Program-made: the position numbers and the translations under genes | Part shown: one piece after another, positions 50,901 to 62,255 of the stretch | Layout: every line of letters begins with the position of its first letter | How positions within the stretch are numbered: the first letter of the stretch is position 1 | From: an uncultured Methanosarcinaceae archaeon | GTDB lineage: Archaea > Halobacteriota > Methanosarcinia > Methanosarcinales > Methanosarcinaceae | Assembly (NCBI GenBank): GCA_963733675.1 | Contig: CAVTET010000006.1 | Location: 96,001 to 160,000, forward strand | Length of the DNA stretch: 64,000 nt | Direction: 5' to 3' | Notes under the pieces: model-generated | The model's database searches: none | The model's input: only the letters and a program-made list of their open reading frames with translations | Told to the model about the DNA's origin: nothing

Positions 50901-52705
50901 TTAGTACACCGACCAAGACCGTACTTTTCCAACTGTAACAGGAACCACGTTACTTACATCAACAGTAAAGCGCCACATCTTTCTTGAGATGGTAAGACGA
51001 TTGACCGGGTCAAAGAACGTCAGCTTCACATCCCAGCAATCCGAATCAGGCCGACAAACAGGACTTCTTTATGTTTCAATGATATCCAGCACCAAGTTCT
51101 CGTGAGCTGCCTGCTCAAAAACAGCAGCCACCTGGAACGCGTTTGTCCCGGCAAAGTTCATGGCCCTCTCAGGTGAAGCTCGACCCAGGTTCATCAAGTC
51201 GTAATATACCCACTCCGAGAAATTACGAACACCTGCTTCCTTCTCAGAGTATACCTTCAGTGCATTTTTGTCATCGGTATCTTTGGGCTGCGGGCCGATC
51301 TTCCAAAATCGTAACCCAGCATGCCAAGAACATATACTAGGTACTGTCTGTCTCCACAGCTCGTGGGATGGACCTACTCCAGCATGATAGACTTGGTAGC
51401 TACATCCTGGTTTGTTATCATTGATTTCGCCGCTTGTACATCAGATGCATGGATATAGGGCCCAGTTATTTCAATACTATCACTTATCTTGTCGTCAAGC
51501 TCATTTAGTTCCTCCGTCTTTGTCTGCCTTTTTGGACAACCACAATTTTCGTCTATAAGTTTAGTCATATTCTTCTCCAGTATCTGGTTTTTCGTTTGTT
51601 TGTTCGTCTCTTCATATATTGATTTTAGCTCAATAGAATCAGTATTTTCTAGAGCTTTCATTACGTTCAAGGTAGAACTCTTATAGGGCGCTGCTATCCT
51701 CAGGATTAAGCGGTGTAAACTCCGCATTCTGCACACCAAGAACAGGCAGTCGTTTGGAAGATTTCCCCAATCCTATAGCCACATGCTCCTGAATTTGTTG
51801 TACCAAATTATTATTATCAGTCACAGCTTGTTGTCTTTCCGTGACAAGATTACAAGCTCCTCTGATGTTTAGACGACCCCTTAGATGGCGAGAACAATCT
51901 AAACCTTCAGAAGGGAAACACGGCTGGGCGCTCTGGAGAATAGTTGCCCGCACAGCGTATGGATCTGGTTTGTCTCCCATTTGTATCTGGATCCTCAACA
52001 GCAAAGCAACAATACCAGAAACTATCGGAGTAGCAAAGCTTGTACCGCTTTGAGTGATGACACCACCCTCAGGAACGGCCTCCAGTAATTTTTCACCAAG
52101 TGCGAGAATACCGTTCTTTAGATACGTCTCCCCTCAATTATTGAAGTCAGCGGCAACCCCCGGGCATCCATTGCCCCTACTGCAAGGGTTGAGGAAATGG
52201 CAGCTGGAACATGAAGGCATTGACATTCATCATTTCCCACAGCTGCAACGATTAAAACACCATTTTCGGCGCAGAGAAGTACGGCCTTGTCAAGTAGCGG
52301 GCGAGGGTCACCAGAGGAAACCAGTTCACCACCACTTATGTTTATGACCTGGGCTCTTTGTTCAACGGCTTGTATGATGGCATGAGCGAGGTCGATCTGC
52401 GAACAAGGAGCAATTGAATCATCAGACCCATCCTCAAAAACAGGAATAATGAGTCTACGACAGCCGGGAGAAATACCCTGGATAGGGCTAGCATGTTGGC
52501 CAAAGATTAGGCTGGCAACATGAGTTTCGTGGTGTGCAGTTGGTCCCTCATCGGAAAGGTCTGAAACTAAAGTTTCTAATTTGGTTATTTTGGCTTTGTT
52601 AAAACATGGATGTGTTAGATCAACTGGCCCATCAAGAACAGCAATGAAAATTTCTGCATCTCCTGCAGTTCGCTGTAGAATCTCTTTTGCCTTCATGATA
52701 AACAC
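50901..52705 (-). pseudogene. PatA/PatG-family cyanobactin maturation protease pseudogene
   Basis: IAVLDGPVDLTHPCF, HETHVASLIFGQ, CSQIDLAHAI, INISGG, GNDECQCLHVPAA, SGTSFATPIVSG; C-terminal LVYVLGMLGYDFG, VYYDLMNLG...AMNFAGTNAFQ, SPVCRPDSDCWDVKLTFFDP...FTVDVSNVVPVTVG; multiple stops and frameshifts. Confidence 0.92.
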
Positions 52706-52904
52706 CCAAATTCGGTGTCTACTGCGAGCTAATCTATGTAACTTACTATCTCATTGTAACTATCTATCCATTGTAACTTCAATTAGCTACCTTGATCCTG
52801 AAAACCAAGATGTCCAATCAGAAACATATATAAATTGTTTTTTGATATTTTTGGAGTTATTTTATACATTTGCCCTAATTTATTTTAAATTATTTTGACA
52901 AAAA

Positions 52905-53026
52905 ATAGTTTCTGAATAAAATTTACTTTGTCATAAAATATTTCAAAATAGAATTACAATTTAATATCAATTATATTTTTATTATTTTCAGCGATCTTTA
53001 TTATAAACAGAAAGGCAAGTTGGATG
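52905..53026. promoter_or_regulatory. Upstream module shared with 38358-38628
   Basis: atagtttctgaataaaatttactttgtcataa...caaaatagaatta...ttattataaacagaaagg.aagttggat in both places. Confidence 0.75.
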
Positions 53027-53130
53027 AAGCAATAAAAACCTATGGCAAAGCAATTAAAATTAACCCACAACTCAGAAGCTTGGCACAATAAAAGTGCTTT
53101 ATCTAAATAGATTAAATAAATCCGATTTGT
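53024..53130 (+). pseudogene. TPR-repeat fragment
   Basis: DEAIKTYGKAIKINPQ / SEAWHNK. Confidence 0.5.
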
Positions 53131-53141
53131 AGGTAATGTAC

Positions 53142-53399
53142 CTAAAAATCTGAAAAATATGTTTTAATGTATCTTTGTTTCATCAATGAACCATATTTAA
53201 CTTCCGGTTCAGCTTCCTGAATAAGTTCATCTGGTGTTTTTTCTGTGAATTCACAAAATGCTTTTATAGCTTGAAGGTAATTACGCTGAGTGTTAGCACT
53301 TGCGTCAATCGACAAAAACCAATTAGTTAGAATTGAATCGTTTTTCAGATCACTGGCATAACTTGATGTCAGTTTAAGGTTTTTCATATTACAAATCAC
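53142..53399 (-). pseudogene. Truncated N-terminal (SAM-like) domain of a tyrosine integrase
   Basis: W..SIDASANTQRNYLQAIKAFCEFTEKTPDELIQEAE pattern; catalytic domain missing. Confidence 0.6.
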
Positions 53400-53679
53400 C
53401 TGATCTAATGTATATATGATTGCCGATCCACATTAACTGATAAATGTATCAATCTCTTTCCAGTTTAAGCCAAAATCATATTTACCGGCATTATCGGGCC
53501 TGAAGGCCTAAATTATAAGAGTCCAGGAAGTCCAGCTTTAATAAACCAGAAAGCATGTCTCGAAATAGGAATATTTACCTATTTTCGAGAAAAAAGAATC
53601 TTTATGGAAGGCTACGGGGGGAAAATCGGCATTATGCCCCTGAGCTGCGAAATAACTTAATTTGGAAAAGGAGGAGATT

Positions 53680-54129
53680 ATGACAACTGTATTTGATGTC
53701 CCTTCAATGGAACTTATTGAAAAGGTTGCAGACATTCTTGAGAAAAACGAAAATATTGTTCCCCCTAAGTGGGCAGAGCACGTGAAAACCGGAATTCATA
53801 AAGAACTGCCCCCGAATAATGATAATTGGTGGTATATCAGATGTGCTGCAGTCCTAAGGAAAATTTATACTGATGGACCTGTAGGGATTGAAAGGCTTCG
53901 CTCCGTATATGGCGGGAAGAAGGATAATGGATCAAGTCCAAGCCATAAAGCAAAAGGCAGCGGTTCAATTGTTAGAAAGGCAGTGCAGCAGCTTGAGGCT
54001 GCAGGTTACCTGCAAAAGGTAAAAGACGGAAGAACAGTATCTGCAAAGGGCCGTTCAATGCTTGACAATGCAGCCAATGACCTAAAACATGAACTCATTG
54101 ATAAAATTCCGGAACTTGCAAAATACTGA
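53680..54129 (+). CDS. rps19e: 30S ribosomal protein S19e
   Basis: VKTG.HKE.PP...[24 protein letters not shown]; aggaggag RBS before ATG 53680. Confidence 0.97.
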   Translation: MTTVFDVPSMELIEKVADILEKNENIVPPKWAEHVKTGIHKELPPNNDNWWYIRCAAVLRKIYTDGPVGIERLRSVYGGKKDNGSSPSHKAKGSGSIVRKAVQQLEAAGYLQKVKDGRTVSAKGRSMLDNAANDLKHELIDKIPELAKY

Positions 54130-54237
54130 GATAAATTTTTCCAAAAGGGACTTTCTATGTTTAGTAGTCCCTTCCAAATATATTATGTATCATTAATACA
54201 GGTTGTTCCAGAAAACGGTTTTTTTGGATGATTTTAC

Positions 54238-54597
54238 ATGTCTACAATGGACGATGAACTTAACGAAATTCGAAAGAGACGCCTCGCAGAAATTCAGAAA
54301 CTGCATGTACAGCAACAGCCTTCTGACATGCAGGCAGCCTACCAGCAGGAACAGGCAAGAGCTGATATAGAAGCTCAGAAGCAGATGATCCTTAGGCAAA
54401 TTCTGACTCCTGAGGCCAGAGAGCGCCTTACAACTATGAAGATGTCAAGGCCTACTCTTGGTGAGCAGCTTGAAATGCAGCTCATCTCACTCGCTCAGAC
54501 TGGACGCTTACCATCTCAAATAGATGATGAACAACTTAAAAAGCTCCTGATGAAGATGCAGCCAAAGAAGCGTAAGACTTCCATAAATCGGATTTAA
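54238..54597 (+). CDS. PDCD5-like DNA-binding protein
   Basis: [23 protein letters not shown]; conserved position after rps19e. Confidence 0.93.
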   Translation: MSTMDDELNEIRKRRLAEIQKLHVQQQPSDMQAAYQQEQARADIEAQKQMILRQILTPEARERLTTMKMSRPTLGEQLEMQLISLAQTGRLPSQIDDEQLKKLLMKMQPKKRKTSINRI

Positions 54598-54603
54598 GAA
54601 TAA

Positions 54604-55206
54604 ATGAGAACTTCTATCCTCTTTAGCGGAGGCAAGGACAGTTCACTTTCTGCCCTTTTGATGGAACCGTTTTTTGAGATCGAACTTGTTACGTGCAGTT
54701 TTGGTTTGCTTCCTAATGGAGAGCTAGCAGCAAAAACTGCAAAAGAGCTACAGTTTCCTCACCGGATTCTCTTTCTGGAAAAGGAGATCCTTGAAATGGC
54801 ATATAAGAAAATAATAAAAGATGGGTTCCCTAAAAATGCTATTAATTATATCCATGAAAAAGCTATAGAAACACTTGCTTCAGATCCGGAGGTTAAATGC
54901 ATTGCTGATGGAACCAGAAGGGATGATAAAGTTCCTGTTCTTTCAATTTCACAGTTGAGAAGTATTGAAGACCGACTGAAAATTCAGTACATTTGTCCAC
55001 TGAGAGGATATAATAGGAAGATCGTGAGTATTCTCGCTGAACACTACTTAAGGATTGAGGAAGGACCAAGTGAGAGTACTCCTAAAGCGGATTACGAAAA
55101 CGAGCTTAGAGAATTAATCAGACAGAGACACGGTGAAGATAAAATAAGGGAACTGTTTCCTGCTCATCTCCAATCTCATGTGCTTTCCAGGAAAGGGCAG
55201 CCGTGA
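54604..55206 (+). CDS. PP-loop ATPase-like protein (DUF7411)
   Basis: LFSGGKDSSL, ADGTRRDD. Confidence 0.87.
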   Translation: MRTSILFSGGKDSSLSALLMEPFFEIELVTCSFGLLPNGELAAKTAKELQFPHRILFLEKEILEMAYKKIIKDGFPKNAINYIHEKAIETLASDPEVKCIADGTRRDDKVPVLSISQLRSIEDRLKIQYICPLRGYNRKIVSILAEHYLRIEEGPSESTPKADYENELRELIRQRHGEDKIRELFPAHLQSHVLSRKGQP

Positions 55207-55472
55207 AAAAGATATGTGAAAGTTCGGAAGTTTCCAGATAGATGAAAAATTCTGGAATAAAGATTTATACGATAATCGAGTTATATTCAAACCTTGCAGA
55301 TTAACTGAGACTTTCATAGAATTTACAGGATACCGTTTGAGAGCTACTTTTATCCAGCGGGGCAGAACCGCAATTATGTAAGGATTAAGATCACAGTTAT
55401 CTAATAACTGGATATAACCAGAGATTATAGAGCTAAAACCAGGTATTATAGAGCTAAATTACTTACAGGTAA

Positions 55473-55643
<171 letters not shown>

Positions 55644-55652
55644 TCGAGGACG

Positions 55653-55934
55653 GTGAATAAAAAAATGGCAGAAGACTTAGTGAAAGAACAGATCTACACC
55701 ATCCCTCTCAGGGCGGCAAGAAAAGTACCTACCTGGAAAAGAGCCAATAGGGCAGTTACTGAAGTAAGGATTTTTATCATGAAACACATGAAGGTCGAGT
55801 CTGTACAGGTTAAGCTGGACAGATCTATTAATGAACATATCTGGGAAAAAGGTTGTGAAAAGCCCCCACTCTCCATCCGGGTCAGAGCTGTAAAATTCGC
55901 AGATGGTGAGGTGCAGACAGAACTCTCCCAGTAG
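55653..55934 (+). CDS. rpl31e: 50S ribosomal protein L31e
   Basis: IYTIPLR...KRANRAV...INEHIWEKG...IRVRA. Confidence 0.96.
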   Translation: MNKKMAEDLVKEQIYTIPLRAARKVPTWKRANRAVTEVRIFIMKHMKVESVQVKLDRSINEHIWEKGCEKPPLSIRVRAVKFADGEVQTELSQ

Positions 55935-55966
55935 AACATACCAAAAAATGAAAATTACCAACAAGT

Positions 55967-56626
55967 ATGATCAGAACTATTGATATCTATGATACCCCAA
56001 TGATAGGGGTTTTTGCAACCTGCACAGACAATATTGCACTTGTTCCGCCTATGACAAAGCTCGATATATGTGCTAGAATTGAGAAATCGCTGGATGTAAG
56101 GGTAGTTGAGACTCTTGTAAATGGAAGTGTTGTGGTAGGAGCTCTTTCTAGAGGAAATTCAAACGGGTTTTTGTTTTCATATGGAACCAACACAAGAGAG
56201 CTGCAAAAATTAACAGGGGTTAAAGTAGAGACTCTTCCAGATAGATTGAATGCAGTCGGAAACATTGTGCTTGCAAACGATTCAGCATCTCTCGTTCACC
56301 CAGAACTGTCAGACAGGGCTATTGAGACTATTTCAAGAACTCTTAATGTCACAGTCTATAGAGGAACAATTGCCGGGATAAAAAATGTAGGTATGGCAGG
56401 AGTTGTCACCAACAAAGGACTCCTGGTACATCCGAGAGTGACATCTTCGGAGAGAGAAATTCTGGAAAAGATATTCGAGCTTCCAGTGAGCATAGGAACT
56501 ACAAATTTTGGAACTCAGATGCTAGGCTCAGGCATACTTGCTAATTCAAATGGGTATTTAGCAGGTTCAGAGACTACAGGGCCTGAACTTGGGAGAATCG
56601 AAGAAGCACTCGGATTCATAAAGTGA
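55967..56626 (+). CDS. eif6: Translation initiation factor 6
   Basis: [34 protein letters not shown]. Confidence 0.95.
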   Translation: MIRTIDIYDTPMIGVFATCTDNIALVPPMTKLDICARIEKSLDVRVVETLVNGSVVVGALSRGNSNGFLFSYGTNTRELQKLTGVKVETLPDRLNAVGNIVLANDSASLVHPELSDRAIETISRTLNVTVYRGTIAGIKNVGMAGVVTNKGLLVHPRVTSSEREILEKIFELPVSIGTTNFGTQMLGSGILANSNGYLAGSETTGPELGRIEEALGFIK

Positions 56627-56668
56627 GCACTAATCATTCAATTGTTGTGAAATGAAGCTACATCAAGA

Positions 56669-56857
56669 GTGGTGACCAAGATGAAGAATTTTTTTGTCAA
56701 AGGCAAATTTAAAGCAGGAAGTAACTGGGAAAATTTCACTAAGAAAGTTGAAAGTCAGAATGAGAAAAATGCAATAGATAAGGTATATTCTATCTTTGGA
56801 AGCAAGCATTGCATTAAAAGAAGCCAGATCCAGATAGAAAGCATTGGTGAGGAGTGA
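56669..56857 (+). CDS. rpl18a: 50S ribosomal protein L18Ae/LX
   Basis: F.K...[22 protein letters not shown]. Confidence 0.92.
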   Translation: MVTKMKNFFVKGKFKAGSNWENFTKKVESQNEKNAIDKVYSIFGSKHCIKRSQIQIESIGEE

Positions 56858-57294
56858 AGGATATGGTCGAAATCAGTGAAGATGCCAGAAATATTGCGTC
56901 TAAGTATCAGGAGTTCCAGAGAGAAACCGAAGCCTTGAGGCAGGAAATGAGTATGATTCAGGTTTCTATTTCAAGCTGCGACCAGACAATTATAGCCATC
57001 AACGAGCTGAAGGCAGCCTCAGCAGAAGGTAAGATTGCCGAAACAATGGTTCCTGTAGGTTTTGGCTCATTTGTTTATGCCGAAGTGAAAAATGCAGACA
57101 GGATCATTGTAGACCTCGGAGCAGGCTTTAGGGCGGAAAAAACAGTAGCTGAAGCTATTGAAACCTTGAACAACCGAAAAGAGCAGCTTACGAAAATTCT
57201 CGAACAGATGAGCGCTTCACTGACTAAATTCATACAGAGTATGCAGGCTCTAGAAATTGAGGCTGCAAAAATTCAGCAACTCGGCCAGGCTTAA
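56854..57294 (+). CDS. pfdA: Prefoldin alpha subunit
   Basis: Coiled coils flanking [12 protein letters not shown]...IIVDLGAG. Confidence 0.95.
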   Translation: MKDMVEISEDARNIASKYQEFQRETEALRQEMSMIQVSISSCDQTIIAINELKAASAEGKIAETMVPVGFGSFVYAEVKNADRIIVDLGAGFRAEKTVAEAIETLNNRKEQLTKILEQMSASLTKFIQSMQALEIEAAKIQQLGQA

Positions 57295-57340
57295 AAAACC
57301 TTGTTCAGGCAAAATCTAAATCAAAGATTTCAACTTATTA

Positions 57341-57543
57341 AAGAGGATTTCGAGAAACATCCGATTTCAATAAATTGCTTTATATACGTTTCATAAACAA
57401 TCAACTAAAAATTGGGCTATATAGAAATCTTCTGAAGAGTGAAATATATGATAGAAGATTTCGATAAATTTTTAAATTTCGTCCTATGCTTATAAACGGT
57501 ATCTAAATGACTAGTGGGAATCAGAGGTTTTTCGAGATCTACA
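57341..57543. mobile_element. Two tandem MITEs, 4543 family
   Basis: agaggatttcgagaaac...tatagaaatcttct and tagaagatttcgataaa...agaggtttttcgagatcta. Confidence 0.55.
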
Positions 57544-57582
57544 ACATCTTATTTTTTATTGAATATCTCTTGGATGGATCCT

Positions 57583-58845
57583 GTGTTCAACAAATTTAAA
57601 GAGAAACTTGGGAGTTTTAAAAAAGCGCTCAGCAAAACTATTGAAAAGAAAGCAGTAGCTATTGACTATGAAGCTGAACAAGCACCTGAAAACGAAGAAG
57701 TCCCTGAAGGGGAACTCGAGCCAGTTTTAGAAGAGACAAATTTTGTAACATCTCTGAGAGAGGAAAGTCCCGAAATTGAACATATAGAGTCTGTAACTAC
57801 TACGTCTATAACTTTTGACAAAGAAGACAAGAAAAAGGTCGAATATCAAAAAAGAGTTAAAGAGAGAAAAAAAGCGGCAGAGATTGAGGCTGAAAAAGAA
57901 AAAGCGTATGTAGATAAAAAACCTGAGGAGAAAAAATCCTTTTTCAAAAAGGTATCGAATGTTGGGTTTGCACAGAAGGCAAAAGCTCTGGTCTTTAATA
58001 GGGAAGTCTATCTGGATATTAAGGATTTGGAAGAGCCTCTCTGGGAACTCGAAATGGGTCTTCTAGAAAGTGATCTTGCTCTCTCAGTTTCCGAGGCGAT
58101 TGTGGAATCAGTGAAAAATCAGCTCACAGGTACCACAAAACGTATTGGCAGCAATACAGAAGAAATAGTAGAGGCAGCCTTAAAAAAAGCTATCCTGGAT
58201 ATTGTTTCTGCTAATACCTATGATTTTGACGAGTATGTGGAGAATATAGATAAGCCTGTCCACATTGTTTTTGTTGGGATTAATGGAACAGGAAAAACAA
58301 CATCTATTGCAAAGTTAACTCACAGGTTGCTTAAGTCAGGTCATTCCGTAATTCTGGCTGCAGGAGATACTTTCAGGGCAGGTGCTATTGACCAGCTTGA
58401 AATTCATGCTAACAGGCTGGGAGTAAAAATGATTAAGCATCAACCTGGAGCTGATCCAGCAGCGGTTATTTATGATGCAGTCAAGTACGCAAAAGCCCAT
58501 AAAATAGATTTCGTGCTTTCAGATACTGCAGGCCGGATGCATACAAACCTGAACCTCATGGCACAGATGGAAAAGATTTGCAGGATAAGTACTCCAGACC
58601 TCATAATTTTTGTAGATGAAGCAGTTGCAGGAAATGATGCAGTTGAAAGGGCTGCCCTGTTCAATGAAGTTGTGCCAATCGATGGTTCTATTCTGACAAA
58701 AATAGATGCCGATGCCAAAGGTGGAGCTGGTATTTCCATTGCTTATATCACAAAAAAGCCAATTCTCTTTTTTGGGATAGGGCAGAGCTATGAAGATCTG
58801 AAAAAGTTCGACCCCGAATGGTTCATAGATCAACTTTTTAATTAG
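57583..58845 (+). CDS. ftsY: Signal recognition particle receptor FtsY (likely GTG start at 57583)
   Basis: Acidic N-terminus, GINGTGKTT, DTFRAGA, DTAGR, TKIDADAKGG. Confidence 0.97.
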   Translation: MFNKFKEKLGSFKKALSKTIEKKAVAIDYEAEQAPENEEVPEGELEPVLEETNFVTSLREESPEIEHIESVTTTSITFDKEDKKKVEYQKRVKERKKAAEIEAEKEKAYVDKKPEEKKSFFKKVSNVGFAQKAKALVFNREVYLDIKDLEEPLWELEMGLLESDLALSVSEAIVESVKNQLTGTTKRIGSNTEEIVEAALKKAILDIVSANTYDFDEYVENIDKPVHIVFVGINGTGKTTSIAKLTHRLLKSGHSVILAAGDTFRAGAIDQLEIHANRLGVKMIKHQPGADPAAVIYDAVKYAKAHKIDFVLSDTAGRMHTNLNLMAQMEKICRISTPDLIIFVDEAVAGNDAVERAALFNEVVPIDGSILTKIDADAKGGAGISIAYITKKPILFFGIGQSYEDLKKFDPEWFIDQLFN

Positions 58846-58933
58846 TAAAAATAATCTAGCTTTCAAGCTATTATTAATAGCTAATTTTCATATCATTTCG
58901 CTGGGGAAGTTTTTTTCAAAAATTTCCTTATAA

Positions 58934-59240
58934 GGTTGCTGTAGAAAGCAAGAAAAGTTTATACCACCTCTAAGAAATTTCAGGTATCTTCAGGAATCCT
59001 AATCCAAGTGTAGATATGAGCAAGCATCTCATGCCACCTCACCCAGAGACAAGAATGAATTATAGCAACCTTACGATTGTGTGGTAAATATTAACATATT
59101 CAGCTATTTCTCTGCTTACTCTTACGATAATCATCTTCTTCTTTGATAAGTACAGTCTTTTAACTTTATCTTTTTTCAAGGACTGTATAGGCTTTGGCCA
59201 GTTACTCCATAGCATATTTATAAATTGCCTTCAGGATTTT
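58934..59240 (-). mobile_element. Probable IS remnant
   Basis: ggttgctgtagaaa terminal-IR-like motif with broken reading frames. Confidence 0.3.
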
Positions 59241-59475
59241 GACTTATATAGCAATTTCTGTGTCTTTAAAGGATAAGAGATTTCTTTGTTTATGTTCTTC
59301 TTTTTATAAAAAACATGGAATGATGTGGAATTCCCAAATTTTAACCCTAAAATCTGGTTATTTTTTTGAACGTTATGTGCTCATCATATGGAGGAACATA
59401 AAATCTCAAGAAAGGTTTAATAGACAATTCCTTAGTAAATAATAAAGGCTAAATAATTAACAGGAATATCCCTTT

Positions 59476-60666
59476 ATGATTCCAAAAAACTATTACGATG
59501 TCATCGTCGTTGGTGCAGGCCCAGCAGGTTCGACTGCTGCCCTTTATGCGGCAGAGCATGGATCTTCTGTCCTTCTTCTTGATAAAAAAAAGGAATTAGG
59601 AAGTCCTATTCAGTGTGCAGGCTTTCTCCCCGATGCCTCTGAAATCCGGGCCCTTCTTCCTGATGCAAAACTGCCAAATTACCTGAAAAACTATCCTTGT
59701 TCCTGCGTACTCCAGCGTATCAAAACTCAGCGTATCATCTCTCCAAATTGCAGTGTGAAAGAATTCGCTGTCAAGGGTGCTGTTCTCGATCGGCGCAGAT
59801 ATGATCAGTTTCTTGCTGAACAGGCAGCAAAGGAAGGGGTTGAACTGATGATAAAAACCCGCGTTACAAAGGTGGAGGGCACAACTGTAGAAACGAAAGG
59901 AATTTATGGGAAACACGTTATCAGGGCAAAGGCGATAATTGGAGCCGATGGTCCCAACTCTCTGGTTGCAAAATCAAAAGGCCTCTCTTTCAAGCCCGGA
60001 GAAAGGGAAACATCTGTGGCTCTTGAATATCAGGTAAGGAATGTGGATATAGACCCCAATTCGCTTGAGATGTATTTTGGGAACAATTTCGTTCCTGGAG
60101 GTTACGCCTGGATTTTCCCTGAGGGCGAAGATAGGGCCAATGTAGGGCTAGGGGTCCGAATCAGAATGGCTGAAAAGGGGGTATATGTAAAAGAGTATCT
60201 AAATCGTTTCATTCAGGATCATCCTATCGCCGGCCAGAAGCTAAAAAATGGTGTCTTTCTGAACGTTATTGCAGGTATAATTCCGGTTAATGGGGCTCCG
60301 AAGAGAACTGCAACCGAAGACTCGCTGATTGTAGGGGATGCAGCAGGGCATATTATTGCTACAAATGGAGGTGGGATCCCACCTGCTATGATTGCTGGAA
60401 AAGTGGCAGGTGAAACTGCAGCAAAATTTGTTACGGGGGGATGTCGGCTTGAAGAGTACGACCACCAATGGAGAACTCAAATTGGAGATGCAATTGAGAC
60501 TTCAGTACATATAAGACAGCTCATCGATGGGCTCATTAAGTCCGATACCCTCATGAATGCAGCTTTAAAGCTCATTTCTCCTGATCAAATGAAGATCATG
60601 CAGTGTGGAAAACTCCCTGATCTTGTGAAAATAGGGCTTCAGGCTATTAATAGAAGACAAAAATAA
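59476..60666 (+). CDS. Geranylgeranyl reductase family FAD oxidoreductase
   Basis: VGAGPAGS, IGADG, PGGYAWIFP, VGDAAG...GGGI. Confidence 0.92.
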   Translation: MIPKNYYDVIVVGAGPAGSTAALYAAEHGSSVLLLDKKKELGSPIQCAGFLPDASEIRALLPDAKLPNYLKNYPCSCVLQRIKTQRIISPNCSVKEFAVKGAVLDRRRYDQFLAEQAAKEGVELMIKTRVTKVEGTTVETKGIYGKHVIRAKAIIGADGPNSLVAKSKGLSFKPGERETSVALEYQVRNVDIDPNSLEMYFGNNFVPGGYAWIFPEGEDRANVGLGVRIRMAEKGVYVKEYLNRFIQDHPIAGQKLKNGVFLNVIAGIIPVNGAPKRTATEDSLIVGDAAGHIIATNGGGIPPAMIAGKVAGETAAKFVTGGCRLEEYDHQWRTQIGDAIETSVHIRQLIDGLIKSDTLMNAALKLISPDQMKIMQCGKLPDLVKIGLQAINRRQK

Positions 60667-60687
60667 ATATGATTCTTCTGCCACAAT

Positions 60688-61056
60688 TCAACTACTCGGA
60701 TTTTTCTGCTCTGTTTTTTCTCCCCCCTGTTCACAAAGATTTTCTGCTGCCTTAATCTTTCTTAATTCTGTCTCTGCGTCTTCTTTGTTATACTTTGCTT
60801 CCAAGTAGCTGGGCCTTATTTCAAGAGCTTTATCAAAAGAGTTAATTGCATCCTCGTACTTTTTCAGGATAACAAATTCAAGTCCTCTGAGGTTCCAAGC
60901 CCCAGCAAAACTAGGTTTTAATTCAAGAACCTTATCAAAATACTTTATCTTTTTTTCAGGATCATTTTCATCTACTGCAGTCCAGTACCATTCCTCGACG
61001 GTTTTTCCCTCAATTTTTTTTTTAAATAACTTGTCCAAGAAGCTCACAAATATCAC
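60688..61056 (-). CDS. Small TPR protein
   Basis: YFDKVLELKP..AWNLRG...AINSFDKALEIRP. Confidence 0.85.
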   Translation of the reverse strand: MIFVSFLDKLFKKKIEGKTVEEWYWTAVDENDPEKKIKYFDKVLELKPSFAGAWNLRGLEFVILKKYEDAINSFDKALEIRPSYLEAKYNKEDAETELRKIKAAENLCEQGGEKTEQKNPSS

Positions 61057-61219
61057 ACCTTTTTAGGAAATTGATCCGGAAGGTAGAAATAGATAATTAT
61101 ACAATCAGCTAAAATGACTCTAACGTATTTTCCCTTAGTTGGCATTATCTAATGTTAGTAGGAATTTTTTTGATCTCCCTATTTTTTCTCCAGTTTTGAA
61201 AAAAACAATGAAACTTCGT

Positions 61220-62206
61220 CTATTTAGAAATCCTATAAGTTGTGTATTGCCCCATCTTTTTATACACATTGTATCATAAAATATTACAATATTTTCCCAC
61301 AAAAAAATGAAGGAGAACATAATATTGAAATCGATAAATACATTAAATTTGTTGATACCAGCCTTAGAACTGTTCAGTCTTCCAGAGTGGATATTTATTT
61401 CTGCAAATATTCCAAACATATTTATACCCAGCATTAACTTCTTGGTCTGGTTTTATTGAAGTAATATATAATCACTAACTATCTTGATTTTATAGACTTA
61501 TTAACCTAATAAACAATCTAAAGAAAAACTCGATCTTAATAAGATTCCCCATTCCACTACATTTAAAAATTTGAACCCAGAATTCCTTCATCTCTGTTTA
61601 ATCTTCTTTTGTCAAAAACTTAAAGTCGTTTTACTCACATGGAGAAATGATCTATATTAAGGCAATTGATTCAACAGAATTTACAAGTTCCTATACAATT
61701 TATTATTATTCCCACAGAACATGGGTTCTAGGAGAAGCTTCATGAAAACTTTAATATCAGTCTACACAGCTAAAAAGATGGTATTAGGATGGGAAATACC
61801 AAAAAATATCCTGAAATCAGACATGTAAATGCTCTGATAAAACAATCAAATAAGATAAGAAAATCTCAATGTTATGTGATGGATAAAGGATATGTTTCAG
61901 AAAAAATCCATCCCATAATTAGAGAAGAAATAAGAACAGACTCCATTATACATGCAGAAAAGAACGAGAACATAAATTTTGGGAAAATCAGAAGACAGTT
62001 GCACTTAATCTTTGATAAAATTAAATATAATCAAAGGAATGTAGCGGAGACAACGCCTTCTGTTGTCAAAAGTTATTTGGAGAAATATTTCGGGTAAGAA
62101 AGTTCAATAATAAAGTCAAAGAAGCAAAACTTAAACTCATAGTCTATAACGTAAATAAAAAGATAGTAAAAATGATTTGCATTAAATTAAGGATTTCTAC
62201 AGAGCC
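61220..62206 (+). mobile_element. IS5-family transposase remnant with right end
   Basis: KIPHSTT, AIDSTEFTS, YVMDKGY, KYNQRNVAETT, KLIVYN; end gatttctacagagcc. Confidence 0.75.
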
Positions 62207-62255
62207 TCGAAAGCCTCTATATATTTGTTCAGCTTAATAATTTAGGAGAATTTCC

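Noticed and set aside
55420-55460. 21-bp tandem duplication (attatagagctaaa) upstream of rpl39e
   Set aside because: Only two imperfect copies, most simply explained as a slippage scar.
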